Source of the DNA: Nautiliaceae bacterium
Lineage (GTDB): Bacteria > Campylobacterota > Campylobacteria > Campylobacterales > Nautiliaceae
NCBI GenBank assembly: GCA_027035735.1
Contig: JALVUH010000079.1
Coordinates: 1 to 38,016, forward strand
Length of the DNA: 38,016 nt
Direction of reading: 5' to 3'
In this document: positions 1 to 10,286 of the stretch, piece by piece
How the letters are laid out: every line of letters begins with the position of its first letter
Position numbering within the stretch: the first letter of the stretch is position 1
Position numbers and translations under genes: made by a program
Notes under the pieces: generated by a model
What the model was told of the DNA's origin: nothing
The model's database searches: none
The model's input: the letters and a program-made list of their open reading frames with translations, nothing else

Positions 1-1029
1 TTTTTTCAAAAGAGTGGAAATGTATTAAATTCTAATGTTTCTCAAATAATTGCTGATAAAAAATATTTATATAAAGATGGAGAACTTGTTATTGAAAACA
101 ATCCTGAAGCTCAACAATATGCAGGAGAAAATAGTGTAATAGCAGATACGTTAAATCTCTCTCCAAGTAATTATCCTCAGCAAATAGAAGTGAGATATTA
201 TGATATTAATGGGAATTTTAAAAGAGCTATTATTACTTTAAGAGATACACCAGATAGCAATGGACATCTTTCTACATTTGAAGTTGATGGGAATGTTTAT
301 GATATTTTAAATGAGAATGGAGAAAAAACTCCAGCACATACTCAAATAACAACTCAAGAGTATTTGGATAAAGATACATGTAAAATGTGTAAAAAAGAGA
401 AAATTACAAAAGGTGTAACTTTTAAGCAATTAGGAGATATCATTTCAATGCTTACAACTGATACTCTTCCAAGTTCAACCCTTTCATATAAAGATGCTAT
501 AAAAGAAGCAGAGCAAAAAGTTGTAGCAGGGGTAGATGAAAAAGGAAGATTTTTTGTAAAAGATTTACAAAATCAAAATACAAATTTAAGAGTTAGTATG
601 TTTAATAGCGATGATAATTTTTCTTTTCAAGAAAATAATGCTATTACAATAGATGAACCTCAAACAGACTTTTTTCAAACACTTCAAAATGCAATTGAAG
701 CGGTTAAAAATGGAAATGATTATGCAAATAGTAATTCTAAAGATCCTAGAAATTATGGTATTCAAGGAGCAATTGAAGCAATTGAGCATGTAATGGATAG
801 AGTAAGAAGAGAAGATTCAAAAATAGGGGCAGTATCAGAAGAATTTAATTTGAGTATCCAAAGAGTGGATATGTTAAAAAATCATGTAATAGAACTTCAA
901 TCTCAAAATATTGATACAGATATAGGAAAAGCTACAATGAGGCTCAATTCTATTCAAACTTCATATCAAGCACTTTTAGCAAGTATTGCAAAAGTAAATA
1001 ATTTGACGCTTCTTAATTATTTAAGATAA
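1..1029 (+). CDS. flgL: flagellar hook-associated protein 3 (FlgL family), 5' end outside window
   Basis: Frame 1 has no stop from base 1 to the GTG at 190 used by the ORF track, so the gene enters from upstream. The C-terminus ...ATMRLNSIQTSYQALLASIAKVNNLTLLNYLR is a flagellin/HAP3-type C-terminal helix. Flagellar genes are nearby. Confidence 0.7.
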   Translation, partial: FFQKSGNVLNSNVSQIIADKKYLYKDGELVIENNPEAQQYAGENSVIADTLNLSPSNYPQQIEVRYYDINGNFKRAIITLRDTPDSNGHLSTFEVDGNVYDILNENGEKTPAHTQITTQEYLDKDTCKMCKKEKITKGVTFKQLGDIISMLTTDTLPSSTLSYKDAIKEAEQKVVAGVDEKGRFFVKDLQNQNTNLRVSMFNSDDNFSFQENNAITIDEPQTDFFQTLQNAIEAVKNGNDYANSNSKDPRNYGIQGAIEAIEHVMDRVRREDSKIGAVSEEFNLSIQRVDMLKNHVIELQSQNIDTDIGKATMRLNSIQTSYQALLASIAKVNNLTLLNYLR

Positions 1030-1107
1030 AATTCCATTTAAAAAGGATTTGGGATTTTAAAAAAGGCTTTTTTCCTCTTTTTATTAGCTGTTGTTATTTT
1101 TATAGGT

Positions 1108-3195
1108 GTGGCTACTTTAGTTCCTAATTTCCACTATGTAGGGAAAATTGGTGAATTTATTGGAAAATTAAATTTAGTTTTATTTGGGTATTTTGGGTAT
1201 ATTGTATTTTTGTATTTATTATGGATTTTATATTTAGCTTATAAAAACAAATTTGATTTTAAAAATTCTTTAAGAGTTTTAGGGGTATTAATACTTTTTT
1301 TTGATTTTTTATTTATTCAGAGCTTGCTTATAAAAAAAGGAGTTATTGGAAATTTATTTGTTAAAACATTAAGTTCTTTTATAGGAATTTTGGGAGTAAT
1401 TCTTTTGGTGTTTGTTATTGGAGGATGGGGATTGTTTATGATTTTTGAAGAAGAAATATTTGATTATTTTAAAAATCTAGGAAAAAAATCTCATCAAAAA
1501 ATTTCAGATGTGATAGAGGAAAATGATAATTTTGAAGATGAAAAAAAGGATTTTAACGAGGATAATTATGAAGATAGTAATTTTAATGTAGAAAATATAG
1601 AACTTGATGAAGAGGATTTTAAAGAGGCAAACTCTAAGGAAATTGAAGAAAAAAAAGAAGAAAATAATCAAAAAGAAATAAAATCAAAAAATATAAACGA
1701 AAAAGAAAAACAAAAAAATAAAGAAGCAAAAGAGGTAGAAGTAAAAAAAGCAGTAGAGCTTGAAGATACTAAAAAACTTCTTAGTCAAATAGAAATAGGA
1801 GAACGTGAAAAACCAAAAGATTGGAAATTCCCTTCACTTGAATTTTTAACAAAACCTCCAAAGAAAAGAGCTGAGATTAATGAAGCAGAAATTGATAAGA
1901 AGATAAAAATATTAATAGAAAAATTAAAACAATTTAAAATTGAAGGAGATGTTGTTAGATATTATGTAGGACCAGTAGTTACTACATTTGAATTTAAGCC
2001 TCTGCCTCATATAAAAGTTAGTAAAATTTTAGCTCTTCAAGATGATTTGGCTATGGCACTTAAAGCCAAATCCATAAGAATTCAAGCTCCAATTCCTGGA
2101 AAAGATGTTGTAGGAATTGAAATTCCAAATGAAAAGCAAGAAACTATTTATCTTAGAGAAATACTTGAGAGTGATATTTTTAAAAAATCAAAATCTCCTC
2201 TAACTTTAGCTCTTGGAAAAGATATAGTAGGAGCTCCTTTTGTTACAGATTTGGCAAAACTTCCTCATCTATTAATAGCTGGGACTACAGGAAGTGGTAA
2301 AAGTGTGGGTATTAATGCTATGATTCTTTCACTCCTTTATAAAAATTCTCCAGATGAACTGAAATTTGTAATGATTGATCCAAAAATGCTTGAATTTTCT
2401 ATTTATAATGACATTCCTCATCTCCTAACTCCTGTAATAACAGAACCTAAAAAAGCAATAACTGCTCTTAATGCAATGGTTAAAGAGATGGAAAGACGTT
2501 ATAAACTTATGGCAAAAATGAAAGTTAAAAATATAGAAAACTATAATAAAAAAGCTGATGAAAAATTACCATATATTGTAATTATTATTGATGAACTTGC
2601 AGATTTGATGATGACTAGTGGAAAAGATGTGGAATATTCTATTGCAAGACTTGCTCAAATGGCAAGAGCAAGTGGAATTCATTTAATAGTAGCTACTCAA
2701 AGACCAAGTGTTGATGTTGTAACTGGACTTATTAAAGCAAATCTTCCAAGTAGGATTTCTTTTAAGGTTGGGCAAAAAATAGATTCAAAAGTTATTTTAG
2801 ACCAATTTGGGGCTGAGAGTCTGCTAGGACGTGGTGATATGCTATTTACTCCTCCAGGTATTAGCGGACTTATTCGTCTTCATGCTCCTTTTACAAGTGA
2901 AGAAGAAATAGAAAAAATTGTAGAATTTTTAAAATCTCAAAGGGAAGTAGAGTATGATAATTCAATAATTAACACTATTGAAAGTACAGAAATAGAAGAT
3001 GATTTGGATGAAGTAGATGAATTATTTGAAGAAGCTAAGAAAATAATACTTACAGAAAAAAGAACGAGTATAAGTTATCTTCAAAGAAGACTTCAAATTG
3101 GGTATAATAGAGCAGCAAATATAATTGAACAGATGGAAAGAAAAGGTATCCTTTCACCTCCAAATGCAAAAGGGCAAAGGGAAATATTAATTTAG
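1108..3195 (+). CDS. ftsK: DNA translocase FtsK
   Basis: N-terminal TM segments and a long acidic/lysine-rich linker. Walker A GTTGSGKS and Walker B IIIDELAD. C-terminal gamma winged-helix SISYLQRRLQIGYNRAANIIEQME. The frame is open back to 1042 and encodes further hydrophobic residues without an ATG/GTG/TTG, so the true start is uncertain. Confidence 0.93.
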   Translation: MATLVPNFHYVGKIGEFIGKLNLVLFGYFGYIVFLYLLWILYLAYKNKFDFKNSLRVLGVLILFFDFLFIQSLLIKKGVIGNLFVKTLSSFIGILGVILLVFVIGGWGLFMIFEEEIFDYFKNLGKKSHQKISDVIEENDNFEDEKKDFNEDNYEDSNFNVENIELDEEDFKEANSKEIEEKKEENNQKEIKSKNINEKEKQKNKEAKEVEVKKAVELEDTKKLLSQIEIGEREKPKDWKFPSLEFLTKPPKKRAEINEAEIDKKIKILIEKLKQFKIEGDVVRYYVGPVVTTFEFKPLPHIKVSKILALQDDLAMALKAKSIRIQAPIPGKDVVGIEIPNEKQETIYLREILESDIFKKSKSPLTLALGKDIVGAPFVTDLAKLPHLLIAGTTGSGKSVGINAMILSLLYKNSPDELKFVMIDPKMLEFSIYNDIPHLLTPVITEPKKAITALNAMVKEMERRYKLMAKMKVKNIENYNKKADEKLPYIVIIIDELADLMMTSGKDVEYSIARLAQMARASGIHLIVATQRPSVDVVTGLIKANLPSRISFKVGQKIDSKVILDQFGAESLLGRGDMLFTPPGISGLIRLHAPFTSEEEIEKIVEFLKSQREVEYDNSIINTIESTEIEDDLDEVDELFEEAKKIILTEKRTSISYLQRRLQIGYNRAANIIEQMERKGILSPPNAKGQREILI

Positions 3196-3204
3196 GAGAA
3201 AAAG

Positions 3205-3819
3205 ATGAAAAAATTTTTACTATTTTCATTAGGAGCTTTATTTATTGTAGGATGTGCAGATAAGCCATTGGCTACGAATGTAGTTCAATTAGCTGGAAAT
3301 CAAGAAGTAGCAGGATGGAAAACTCCTACACCTCCAAAACCTAAAGTAATTATCAAAAAAATTTACATAAAAGAAAAAATAAAAGATAGTGATGGTGATG
3401 GAGTACCAGACAATATAGACAAATGTCCAAATACTCCAAAAAATGTATTAGTTAATCATTATGGATGTCCAATAATCACAACTCTTAGAATTAATTTTGA
3501 TTTTAATAAAGCTACAGTTAAAAAAATATATTATCCACAAATTAAAAAAGTAGCAGAAATTTTAAAAGCAAATCCAAAATTAAAAATAGAAATTGATGGA
3601 TATACAGATAATATAGGAAATCCAAAATATAATTTAAAACTTTCTTTAAGAAGAGCTGAAGCCATAAAAAATATATTAGTTAAAGTTTATCATATAAATC
3701 CAAAAAGAATAGTTGTAAAAGGATATGGTGAAAAATATCCTTTAGTTCCAAATACTACTGCTACTAATAGAGCATTAAATAGAAGAGCAGAAATAATAAA
3801 TATTACAAACGAGAAATAA
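3205..3819 (+). CDS. OmpA-family peptidoglycan-associated lipoprotein
   Basis: Signal peptide with lipobox FIVGC. Thrombospondin-type-3-like Ca-binding repeat DSDGDGVPDNIDKCP. C-terminal OmpA domain (GYTDNIGNPKYNLKLSLRRAEA...NRRAEI). Confidence 0.85.
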   Translation: MKKFLLFSLGALFIVGCADKPLATNVVQLAGNQEVAGWKTPTPPKPKVIIKKIYIKEKIKDSDGDGVPDNIDKCPNTPKNVLVNHYGCPIITTLRINFDFNKATVKKIYYPQIKKVAEILKANPKLKIEIDGYTDNIGNPKYNLKLSLRRAEAIKNILVKVYHINPKRIVVKGYGEKYPLVPNTTATNRALNRRAEIINITNEK

Positions 3820-5025
3820 TTAAATTTTTTCTCCGTTTATATAAAGCTCTTCTACTTCGGTTGTATGTAAAATTATATGCATAGGAATTAATTCTTTTTC
3901 TTTTACTTTTCCAGGTAATTTAAAAGTTATTAAATCTGCATCTTTATCTTTTTCTAAAGAGCCGTTATTTAAATGTAATTGTTTTGCAGCATTTTTTGTA
4001 ACTGCTTTTAATAAATCTTTTGCTAAATATTTTGGATGAAGATCAGTATGCATTAAAAGTGCTGCTCTTATTTCTTTAAAAAGATTTAAAGAATAATTGC
4101 TACTCATCCCATCTGTTGCTACAGAATAAGGGATTGATTGATTTTTTACTCTCTCAAGGTCTAATTTGCCTACATTAAGAAGTCTATTTGATACAGGACA
4201 ATGTGCTATTGAAGCATTTAATTGACTAATTTTTTCTAATTCTTTTTCATTTGCATAAACGCAATGTATAAAGGTTGTATTTGTATTTTTGAATTTTTCT
4301 AAAAATTCTATAGGTTTAATTAAAGGTTTTGCATTTTTAAAATGTTTTTCAAAAAAAAGTTTAAATTCTCCTTCACCCTTATCAAGCCAGCTTCTCTCAG
4401 CTTTACTTTCCATAAAATGGGCTTGGATAGGTAAATTTTCATTTTTAGCTAATTCAATTACTTTATCCATTAAAATAGGATGTACAGAATAAGGAGAATG
4501 AATAGAAACTCCTATTTTAAATTTTTCATTTTGATATTGTTTTGATTCATTTACTCTATTTAAAAAATCTTGATACATTGCATCTACAATTGCAGGATTT
4601 GTTCCAATAATTTCATTAAAATATACTACTTTTAAAGGAGAGTACTTTAAATATTTTAAATCATTTCCTGTTGAACTTATCTCTCCAAAAGCACAAACTC
4701 CACTTTTTTTCATCTCTTCTATTGCATTTTTATAACACTCTCCTTTACAAGAGATAAAAAGCTCTTCTCTTGAATTAATAACAGAATCAAGCCATGTAAT
4801 AAAATCCCCGTAGTTTAAAGAAGTTTTATTTTTGCTAAATTCAAGATGAGTATGAGTATTGATAAGAGCTGGCATAATAACAGAATTTTTACCTAAATAA
4901 ATACTTTCTCCAGGAAGATTATACCCTATGTCTATAATCTTATTTGAAAATAAAATTTCAGCATTTAATAAAATTTCATCTTTTTCATTCATTGTTAATA
5001 CATAATCGGCTTTTAGTTTTATCAA
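3820..5025 (-). CDS. metal-dependent amidohydrolase (chlorohydrolase/deaminase family; possibly an aminofutalosine-type deaminase)
   Basis: N-terminal metal-binding motif LINTHTHLEFS, internal H residues (IHSPYS, QAHF) and C-terminal ATDG aspartate motif typical of the amidohydrolase superfamily. The specific substrate is inference only. Confidence 0.75.
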   Translation of the reverse strand: MIKLKADYVLTMNEKDEILLNAEILFSNKIIDIGYNLPGESIYLGKNSVIMPALINTHTHLEFSKNKTSLNYGDFITWLDSVINSREELFISCKGECYKNAIEEMKKSGVCAFGEISSTGNDLKYLKYSPLKVVYFNEIIGTNPAIVDAMYQDFLNRVNESKQYQNEKFKIGVSIHSPYSVHPILMDKVIELAKNENLPIQAHFMESKAERSWLDKGEGEFKLFFEKHFKNAKPLIKPIEFLEKFKNTNTTFIHCVYANEKELEKISQLNASIAHCPVSNRLLNVGKLDLERVKNQSIPYSVATDGMSSNYSLNLFKEIRAALLMHTDLHPKYLAKDLLKAVTKNAAKQLHLNNGSLEKDKDADLITFKLPGKVKEKELIPMHIILHTTEVEELYINGEKI

Positions 5026-5101
5026 ACTTTCTCCTTTTTTATTATCTTAGCAATATTTATGCCAAAATTTTAGTAAAATAACAATAAAAAAAGGAGAAAA
5101 A

Positions 5102-5581
5102 TTGAAAATTAAAGTAATTCATGGACCAAATTTAAATCTTTTAGGTATTAGAGAAGTAAATATTTATGGACCTGCAAAATTAGAAGATATTAATAAAAAT
5201 TTAGAAGTAGTAGCAAAACAGAATGGATTTGAGATTGAGTTTTTTCAATCAAATCATGAAGGTGATATAGTAGATGCTATTCAAGAATCACTTACAGATG
5301 GAACTAATGGAATTATTATAAATCCAGCAGCTTTGACACATACATCAATTTCAATTAGAGATGCTTTAGCAGCAGTTAGAGTAAGAATTCCTGCAGTTGA
5401 AGTGCATATGAGTAATGTAGCTGCAAGAGAAGAATTTAGACATAAATCTATGATTAGTGATATTGTAGCTGGAACAATTACAGGATTTGGACCTCTTAGT
5501 TATCATTTGGGGCTTATTTCAATGATGGAGATTTTAAATCAACTTAAAATGGCACAACAATCACAAGGACAAAACCAATAA
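5102..5581 (+). CDS. aroQ: type II 3-dehydroquinate dehydratase
   Basis: TTG start after AGGAG. Motifs [31 protein letters not shown] and HMSN are diagnostic of AroQ. Confidence 0.95.
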   Translation: MKIKVIHGPNLNLLGIREVNIYGPAKLEDINKNLEVVAKQNGFEIEFFQSNHEGDIVDAIQESLTDGTNGIIINPAALTHTSISIRDALAAVRVRIPAVEVHMSNVAAREEFRHKSMISDIVAGTITGFGPLSYHLGLISMMEILNQLKMAQQSQGQNQ

Positions 5582-6582
5582 TGAATTATATTCTAAATAA
5601 AGAGAATGAAATTTATTATGAGTGTGGATGGAGTAGCGATAATGCTATTTTCCTCTCTCTCAATGAAGAAAAGTATGTAATTACTGATGGAAGATATACT
5701 CTTGATGCAAAAGAAAATGCAAGAGCTGAGGTAATTGAAGCAAGAGATTTAATAAAAAAAGCAAAAGAATTAATTTTAAAAAAAAGAATTAAAAAATTAA
5801 AAATTGATCCAAATAATTGGAGTTATAAAAATTATGTTTCTTTACAAAAAGTAGTAAATCTTATAAATGAAGAGAACTTTTCTTTTAAAAAAAGAATGAT
5901 TAAAACTCCTAAAGAACTTGAGATTATAAAAGAAGCGGTAAAAATTGGAGCTAAGGCTTTTGATGAATTTGCAAAAGTTATAGAGGTTGGAATTGATGAA
6001 TTTGAGCTTAGTTTTAGATTCAAAGAAAAACTTACCAATAGAGGAAGAAGGCCTTTAAGTTTTGAACCAATTGTAGCTATTAATGAAAATGCAGCAAAAC
6101 CCCATGCTGAAGTTAGTGAAAAAATTCTTAAAAAAGGAGATTTATTACTTCTTGATGCAGGTATTAAACATAAAAGATACTGTTCTGATAGAACAAGAAC
6201 TATTTATATAGGTGAAAATATTTCTATGAATAAAAATCAAAAATTTCCAAAAGAGATTCAAAAAGTTTATGATGTAGTATTGAAAGCTCAAGAAGAAGCA
6301 ATTAAAGCAATAAAAGTAGGTATTAAAGCATGTGAACTTGATAAAATAGCAAGAGATATTATTGAAAAAGCTGGATATGGGAAATATTTTGTTCATTCTT
6401 TAGGTCATGGAGTAGGGCTTGATATTCATGAATGGCCTTTTATTAATTCAAAAAATGAAATTGAGCTTAAAGAAGGTATGGTATTTACAATAGAACCGGG
6501 TATTTATATCCCTGGAAGATTTGGTATTAGAATAGAAGATATGGTTGCAATTAATTATAATGGAGAGGTTGAGATATTATGA
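5581..6582 (+). CDS. M24-family Xaa-Pro aminopeptidase/dipeptidase
   Basis: Creatinase-like N-domain plus pita-bread catalytic domain with metal ligands (LLLDAG, SDRTRT, HSLGHGVGLDIHEWP, TIEPGIY, IRIEDM). Confidence 0.9.
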   Translation: MNYILNKENEIYYECGWSSDNAIFLSLNEEKYVITDGRYTLDAKENARAEVIEARDLIKKAKELILKKRIKKLKIDPNNWSYKNYVSLQKVVNLINEENFSFKKRMIKTPKELEIIKEAVKIGAKAFDEFAKVIEVGIDEFELSFRFKEKLTNRGRRPLSFEPIVAINENAAKPHAEVSEKILKKGDLLLLDAGIKHKRYCSDRTRTIYIGENISMNKNQKFPKEIQKVYDVVLKAQEEAIKAIKVGIKACELDKIARDIIEKAGYGKYFVHSLGHGVGLDIHEWPFINSKNEIELKEGMVFTIEPGIYIPGRFGIRIEDMVAINYNGEVEIL

Positions 6583-6743
6583 GTATAAGTAAAATTCGCT
6601 CAATTCTTTATAAAGTAGCAAAATATTTAGGGGATATAAATGCTATTAAAAGAGCAATAAAAAAAGGAGATTTTACTCCTATAATAAAAAGGATTATTCG
6701 TAGAATTTATGGGTATATAACTTCTAGAGGAATGCCTAAATAG
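6579..6743 (+). CDS. small basic hypothetical protein (54 aa), not in supplied ORF track
   Basis: The ATG at 6579 overlaps the peptidase TGA stop (ATGA, 4-nt overlap). It reads MSISKIRSILYKVAKYLGDINAIKRAIKKGDFTPIIKRIIRRIYGYITSRGMPK and ends at TAG 6741-6743. It fills the only unexplained gap between the peptidase gene and folK. No family recognised. Confidence 0.4.
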   Translation: MSISKIRSILYKVAKYLGDINAIKRAIKKGDFTPIIKRIIRRIYGYITSRGMPK

Positions 6744-6751
6744 GTGTAAAT

Positions 6752-7207
6752 ATGAAAAAAATAATAAAAACTAATTTTTTCCCAGCTAAAATGAAAAAAT
6801 CAAATAAAACTCACAAAGTCTTAATAGGAATTGGATGTAATATAGGAAATTGTGTAAGAAGATTTAAAAAAGTTTATAAATTTTTAAATTCTCATCCAAA
6901 AATAGATATAGTTCAAACCTCTATTATTTATAAAAATCCTCCTTTTGGATATTTGAATCAACCTGATTTTTATAATTCAATTTTAGTAATTTATACAGAT
7001 TTTTCTCCTTATGAACTTCTTAGATTTTTGCTTTATACAGAAAAAAAATTTGGAAGAAAAAGAAGCTTTAAAAATGCTCCAAGAACATTAGATTTGGATA
7101 TAATTATTTATGATAATTTAAAAATAAATAAAAAAAATTTAATTATACCTCATCCATATTTTAAAAAAAGAGATTCAGTTTTGGTACCACTTGCATTAAA
7201 GGATTAA
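6752..7207 (+). CDS. folK: 2-amino-4-hydroxy-6-hydroxymethyldihydropteridine pyrophosphokinase (HPPK)
   Basis: Motifs IGIGCNIGN, PPFGYLNQPDFYN, RTLDLDII and IPHPYFKKRDSVLVPL. The start may instead be the second Met (MKKSNK). Confidence 0.85.
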   Translation: MKKIIKTNFFPAKMKKSNKTHKVLIGIGCNIGNCVRRFKKVYKFLNSHPKIDIVQTSIIYKNPPFGYLNQPDFYNSILVIYTDFSPYELLRFLLYTEKKFGRKRSFKNAPRTLDLDIIIYDNLKINKKNLIIPHPYFKKRDSVLVPLALKD

Positions 7208-7208
7208 A

Positions 7209-8405
7209 TTGAAACTAAAAACTTATACAGCACCTACATATACCGAAGCACTCAATAAAATAAAACAAGAGCTTGGAGATGATGTTGTAATTGTCTCAAG
7301 TAAAGAGATTAAAAGAAAAACTTTAAGCTCTCCTGGATTGTATGAAATTGTAGTGGCTATAGAAGATGAGAAATCTATAAAAAAAGCTTCTGAGGATGAA
7401 GATGTTTTATTAAAACTTTCAACAGCTGCTAAGGAGATAAATTCTTTATCTAAAAAAAATGAAATTAAAGAAAAAATACCTGTTTCAATTAAAAATGATG
7501 AAATTAAAGCTTTAAAAGAAGAAATAAGTAAAATTGCAGATACTCTTAAATATCTTCAAGCTACTGTTTGGGATATAACTAATAAAACAGAACTTGAATT
7601 ACCACCTGAATTTAGTGAAATTTATGCTCTTGCAAAAGCTAGTGGTATGGCTTCAAAACATTTAGATGAAATTATGAGGTTAACTATTAAATATATGCCT
7701 CTTAAAATGAGAAAAAATAGAAATGCAATAAAAAGATACTTTCATACTCTTCTTAAAAAAATGATTCCTATAAGAATTGAGAGAGAAATAAAACCACCAC
7801 ATAAAAAAATTTTAATGTTTGTAGGACCTACAGGAGTTGGAAAAACTACTACTATTGCAAAACTTGCTGCAAGATATGCTTATAAATTGAGCACTCGTCA
7901 TAAAGTAGGAATTATTACTCTTGATACTTATAGAATTGGAGCAGTAGAGCAGCTTATGACATATGCAAAAATGATGAGGCTTCCAATTGAGACAGTAGTA
8001 GACCCAAGTGATTTTGAAGAAGCTTTGAATGCTCTTAGACATAATGATTATATTTTGATTGATACGGTTGGAAGTTCTCAACATGATAAAGAAAAAATTG
8101 AAAAACTTTCAAGCTTTTTAAAAGTTAATACATTTGCAGAAATAAATATCAATTTGGTTTTATCTGCTATAACTAAATATGAAGATTTAATTGATATTTA
8201 TAATAATTTTTCTATTCTCCCTATAGATACTTTAATCTTTACCAAACTTGATGAAACGAGAAGCTATGGGAATATGTTTTCTTTGCTTTTAGATACTAAA
8301 AAACCAGTGAGTTATTATTCTATAGGACAAGAAGTTCCAGATGATTTAATGGAAGCTAATGCAGAGTATCTTCTTAGAGGTATTTTAGAAAAGGAGCTTA
8401 ATTGA
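7209..8405 (+). CDS. flhF: flagellar biosynthesis SRP-type GTPase FlhF
   Basis: TTG start. G1 GPTGVGKTTTIAKLA, DTYRIGA, DTVG, TKLDET. Position immediately upstream of flhG. Confidence 0.92.
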   Translation: MKLKTYTAPTYTEALNKIKQELGDDVVIVSSKEIKRKTLSSPGLYEIVVAIEDEKSIKKASEDEDVLLKLSTAAKEINSLSKKNEIKEKIPVSIKNDEIKALKEEISKIADTLKYLQATVWDITNKTELELPPEFSEIYALAKASGMASKHLDEIMRLTIKYMPLKMRKNRNAIKRYFHTLLKKMIPIRIEREIKPPHKKILMFVGPTGVGKTTTIAKLAARYAYKLSTRHKVGIITLDTYRIGAVEQLMTYAKMMRLPIETVVDPSDFEEALNALRHNDYILIDTVGSSQHDKEKIEKLSSFLKVNTFAEININLVLSAITKYEDLIDIYNNFSILPIDTLIFTKLDETRSYGNMFSLLLDTKKPVSYYSIGQEVPDDLMEANAEYLLRGILEKELN

Positions 8406-9265
8406 AAACTCAGGCTGATAAATTAAAAGAATTAGTAGAATCTACTACAAAAAAAGAGCTTCCAACTAGAGTTATTGCAATAACTAGTGGAAAAGGGGGA
8501 GTTGGAAAATCTACTATTAGTGCAAACTTGGGATATGCTCTTCATGCTCTTGGATTTAAAGTAGCTCTTTTTGATGCAGATATAGGACTTGCAAACCTTG
8601 ATGTTTTACTTAGAGTAAATGCAAAGAAAAATATTTTTCATGTTTTAAAAGGAGAGTGTGAATTAAAAGATGTAGCTGTTGATATTGAAGAGGGTTTTAC
8701 TTTAATTCCTGGAGAGAGTGGAGAAGATATCATAAAATATGCAGATGAAAGAAATTTAAATAACTTTTTTACTCAGCTTGATTTTTTAAAAAGTTATGAT
8801 TTTTTTATTATTGATACAAGTGCAGGAATTGATAAAAGAGTTCAAGTTTTTTTAGATGCAGCTGATGATGTATTGGTTGTTACAGTTCCTGAGCCTGCAG
8901 CTATTACAGATGCATATGCGATGATAAAAGTAATAAGCGAAAAAAGAGATATTGTTTATATGATTTTGAATGAAGTAGCAAATGAAAAAGAAGCAAGAAA
9001 TGTATTTAAGACTATTTTTAATGTAGCAAAAAGTAATATAAAAAGAGATTTTAGACTTCAAATGTTAGGATTTATACAAAAGAATAAGATAATTTCCTCT
9101 TCTTCTATAAAAAGAGAACTTTTTGTAAAAGAATTTCCAAATACAAGTGTTAGCGAACAGATTTTTAATATAGCTAAAAAAATTGCAAAAATTTCGGAAC
9201 GAAATGTGCTTGAAAGTAAAAGTGGAATAAAAGGCTTTTTTAAAAAAATTTTTGCTGGATTTTAA
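8402..9265 (+). CDS. flhG: MinD/ParA-type ATPase FlhG (flagellar number regulator)
   Basis: Deviant Walker A SGKGGVGKST, DADIGLANLD, IIDTSAG. 4-nt overlap with flhF. Confidence 0.9.
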   Translation: MKTQADKLKELVESTTKKELPTRVIAITSGKGGVGKSTISANLGYALHALGFKVALFDADIGLANLDVLLRVNAKKNIFHVLKGECELKDVAVDIEEGFTLIPGESGEDIIKYADERNLNNFFTQLDFLKSYDFFIIDTSAGIDKRVQVFLDAADDVLVVTVPEPAAITDAYAMIKVISEKRDIVYMILNEVANEKEARNVFKTIFNVAKSNIKRDFRLQMLGFIQKNKIISSSSIKRELFVKEFPNTSVSEQIFNIAKKIAKISERNVLESKSGIKGFFKKIFAGF

Positions 9266-9274
9266 GGGAGGGAA

Positions 9275-9616
9275 ATGAGAGGAGAAAATTTTGTATATTT
9301 TGCTACAATTAGTGGATTTTTTATAGGAATAATTTTTGCTATTTTAAATAATTTGGATTTTTTTAATTTTTTATTTGCTACTTTCTTAGTAACGGCAATT
9401 TTTTATCTAATTTCATTAGCTACAGTAGCATTTTTTATTAAGTTTGTAAATATTAGACAAATTGTATTTTTTAATAAAAGCCAAGTTGATGAAATATTAG
9501 ATATGCAAATAAAAGATTTGGAAAAATGTGAAGATTTTATTATTGAAAGTTTTAACTTTATCAAAAAAGTAGAAGAAGAAGAACTTGAAATAATAAGAAA
9601 GAATAAAAATGTATAA
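9275..9616 (+). CDS. small membrane protein conserved between flhG and fliA
   Basis: Two predicted TM helices (FVYFATISGFFIGIIFAIL; FLFATFLVTAIFYLISLATVAFFI). It occupies the same slot as the hypothetical gene between flhG and fliA in Helicobacter and Campylobacter. Confidence 0.6.
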   Translation: MRGENFVYFATISGFFIGIIFAILNNLDFFNFLFATFLVTAIFYLISLATVAFFIKFVNIRQIVFFNKSQVDEILDMQIKDLEKCEDFIIESFNFIKKVEEEELEIIRKNKNV

Positions 9617-10286
9617 TCCTTATTTGAAAGAGTTAGAAGAGTATAAAAAAAGTTTGGCTATTGATTATATGCCTGCTGTAAAATCAATGGCTGCAAAGTT
9701 AAAAGAGAGACTTCCTGATAGTGTGGATTTTAATGATTTAGTTTCAATTGGATATGAGGAACTTGTAAAATTATCTCATAGATATGATCCAAAAATAAAT
9801 GATAATTTTTGGGGATATGCTCAAAAAAGAATTTATGGAGCAATGCTTGATTTTTTAAGAAAACTTGATACATTAAGTAGAGGAGATAGAAGGTTAGTTA
9901 AAAAGATTGAACAAATTATACAAGAATATACATCAAAATATAATCATGAACCAAGTAATGAATATTTGAGCGAAATTTTGGATGTAGATATTGAAAAAAT
10001 AAAAAGTACAAGAGCTGCTAGTGAAATTTATAGCGTAATGCCAATAGAAGATCAATTAAATTATTTTGAAAATATAGAAAAAAAGATTGAAGAAGAAGAG
10101 TTAATTGAAGCTATAAAAAATGTTTTGAAAAAATTATCTGAGAAAGAGCAGTTGGTTATTCAACTTTATTATTTTGAAGAGTTGTCTCTAAAAGAGATAG
10201 CAGAAATTTTAGAAGTTAGTGAAAGTAGAGTATCTCAAATTCATAAAAAAGTTATAAAAAAAATAAGGGAAGAATTAAATGGCTGA
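9609..10286 (+). CDS. fliA: flagellar sigma factor sigma-28 (FliA)
   Basis: Sigma-70 family region 2 (DLVSIGYEELVKLSHRYD...YAQKRIYGAMLDFLR) and region 4 HTH (SLKEIAEILEVSESRVSQIHKK). Flagellar operon context. Confidence 0.9.
   Translation: MYNPYLKELEEYKKSLAIDYMPAVKSMAAKLKERLPDSVDFNDLVSIGYEELVKLSHRYDPKINDNFWGYAQKRIYGAMLDFLRKLDTLSRGDRRLVKKIEQIIQEYTSKYNHEPSNEYLSEILDVDIEKIKSTRAASEIYSVMPIEDQLNYFENIEKKIEEEELIEAIKNVLKKLSEKEQLVIQLYYFEELSLKEIAEILEVSESRVSQIHKKVIKKIREELNG

Noticed and set aside
1042-1107. Possible upstream extension of ftsK. The frame is open and encodes hydrophobic KGFGILKKAFFLFLLAVVIFIG.
   Set aside because: There is no ATG, GTG or TTG in frame in this stretch and only rare ATT-type candidates. 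The GTG at 1108 is kept and the uncertainty noted. It is not evidence of a frameshift or pseudogene.
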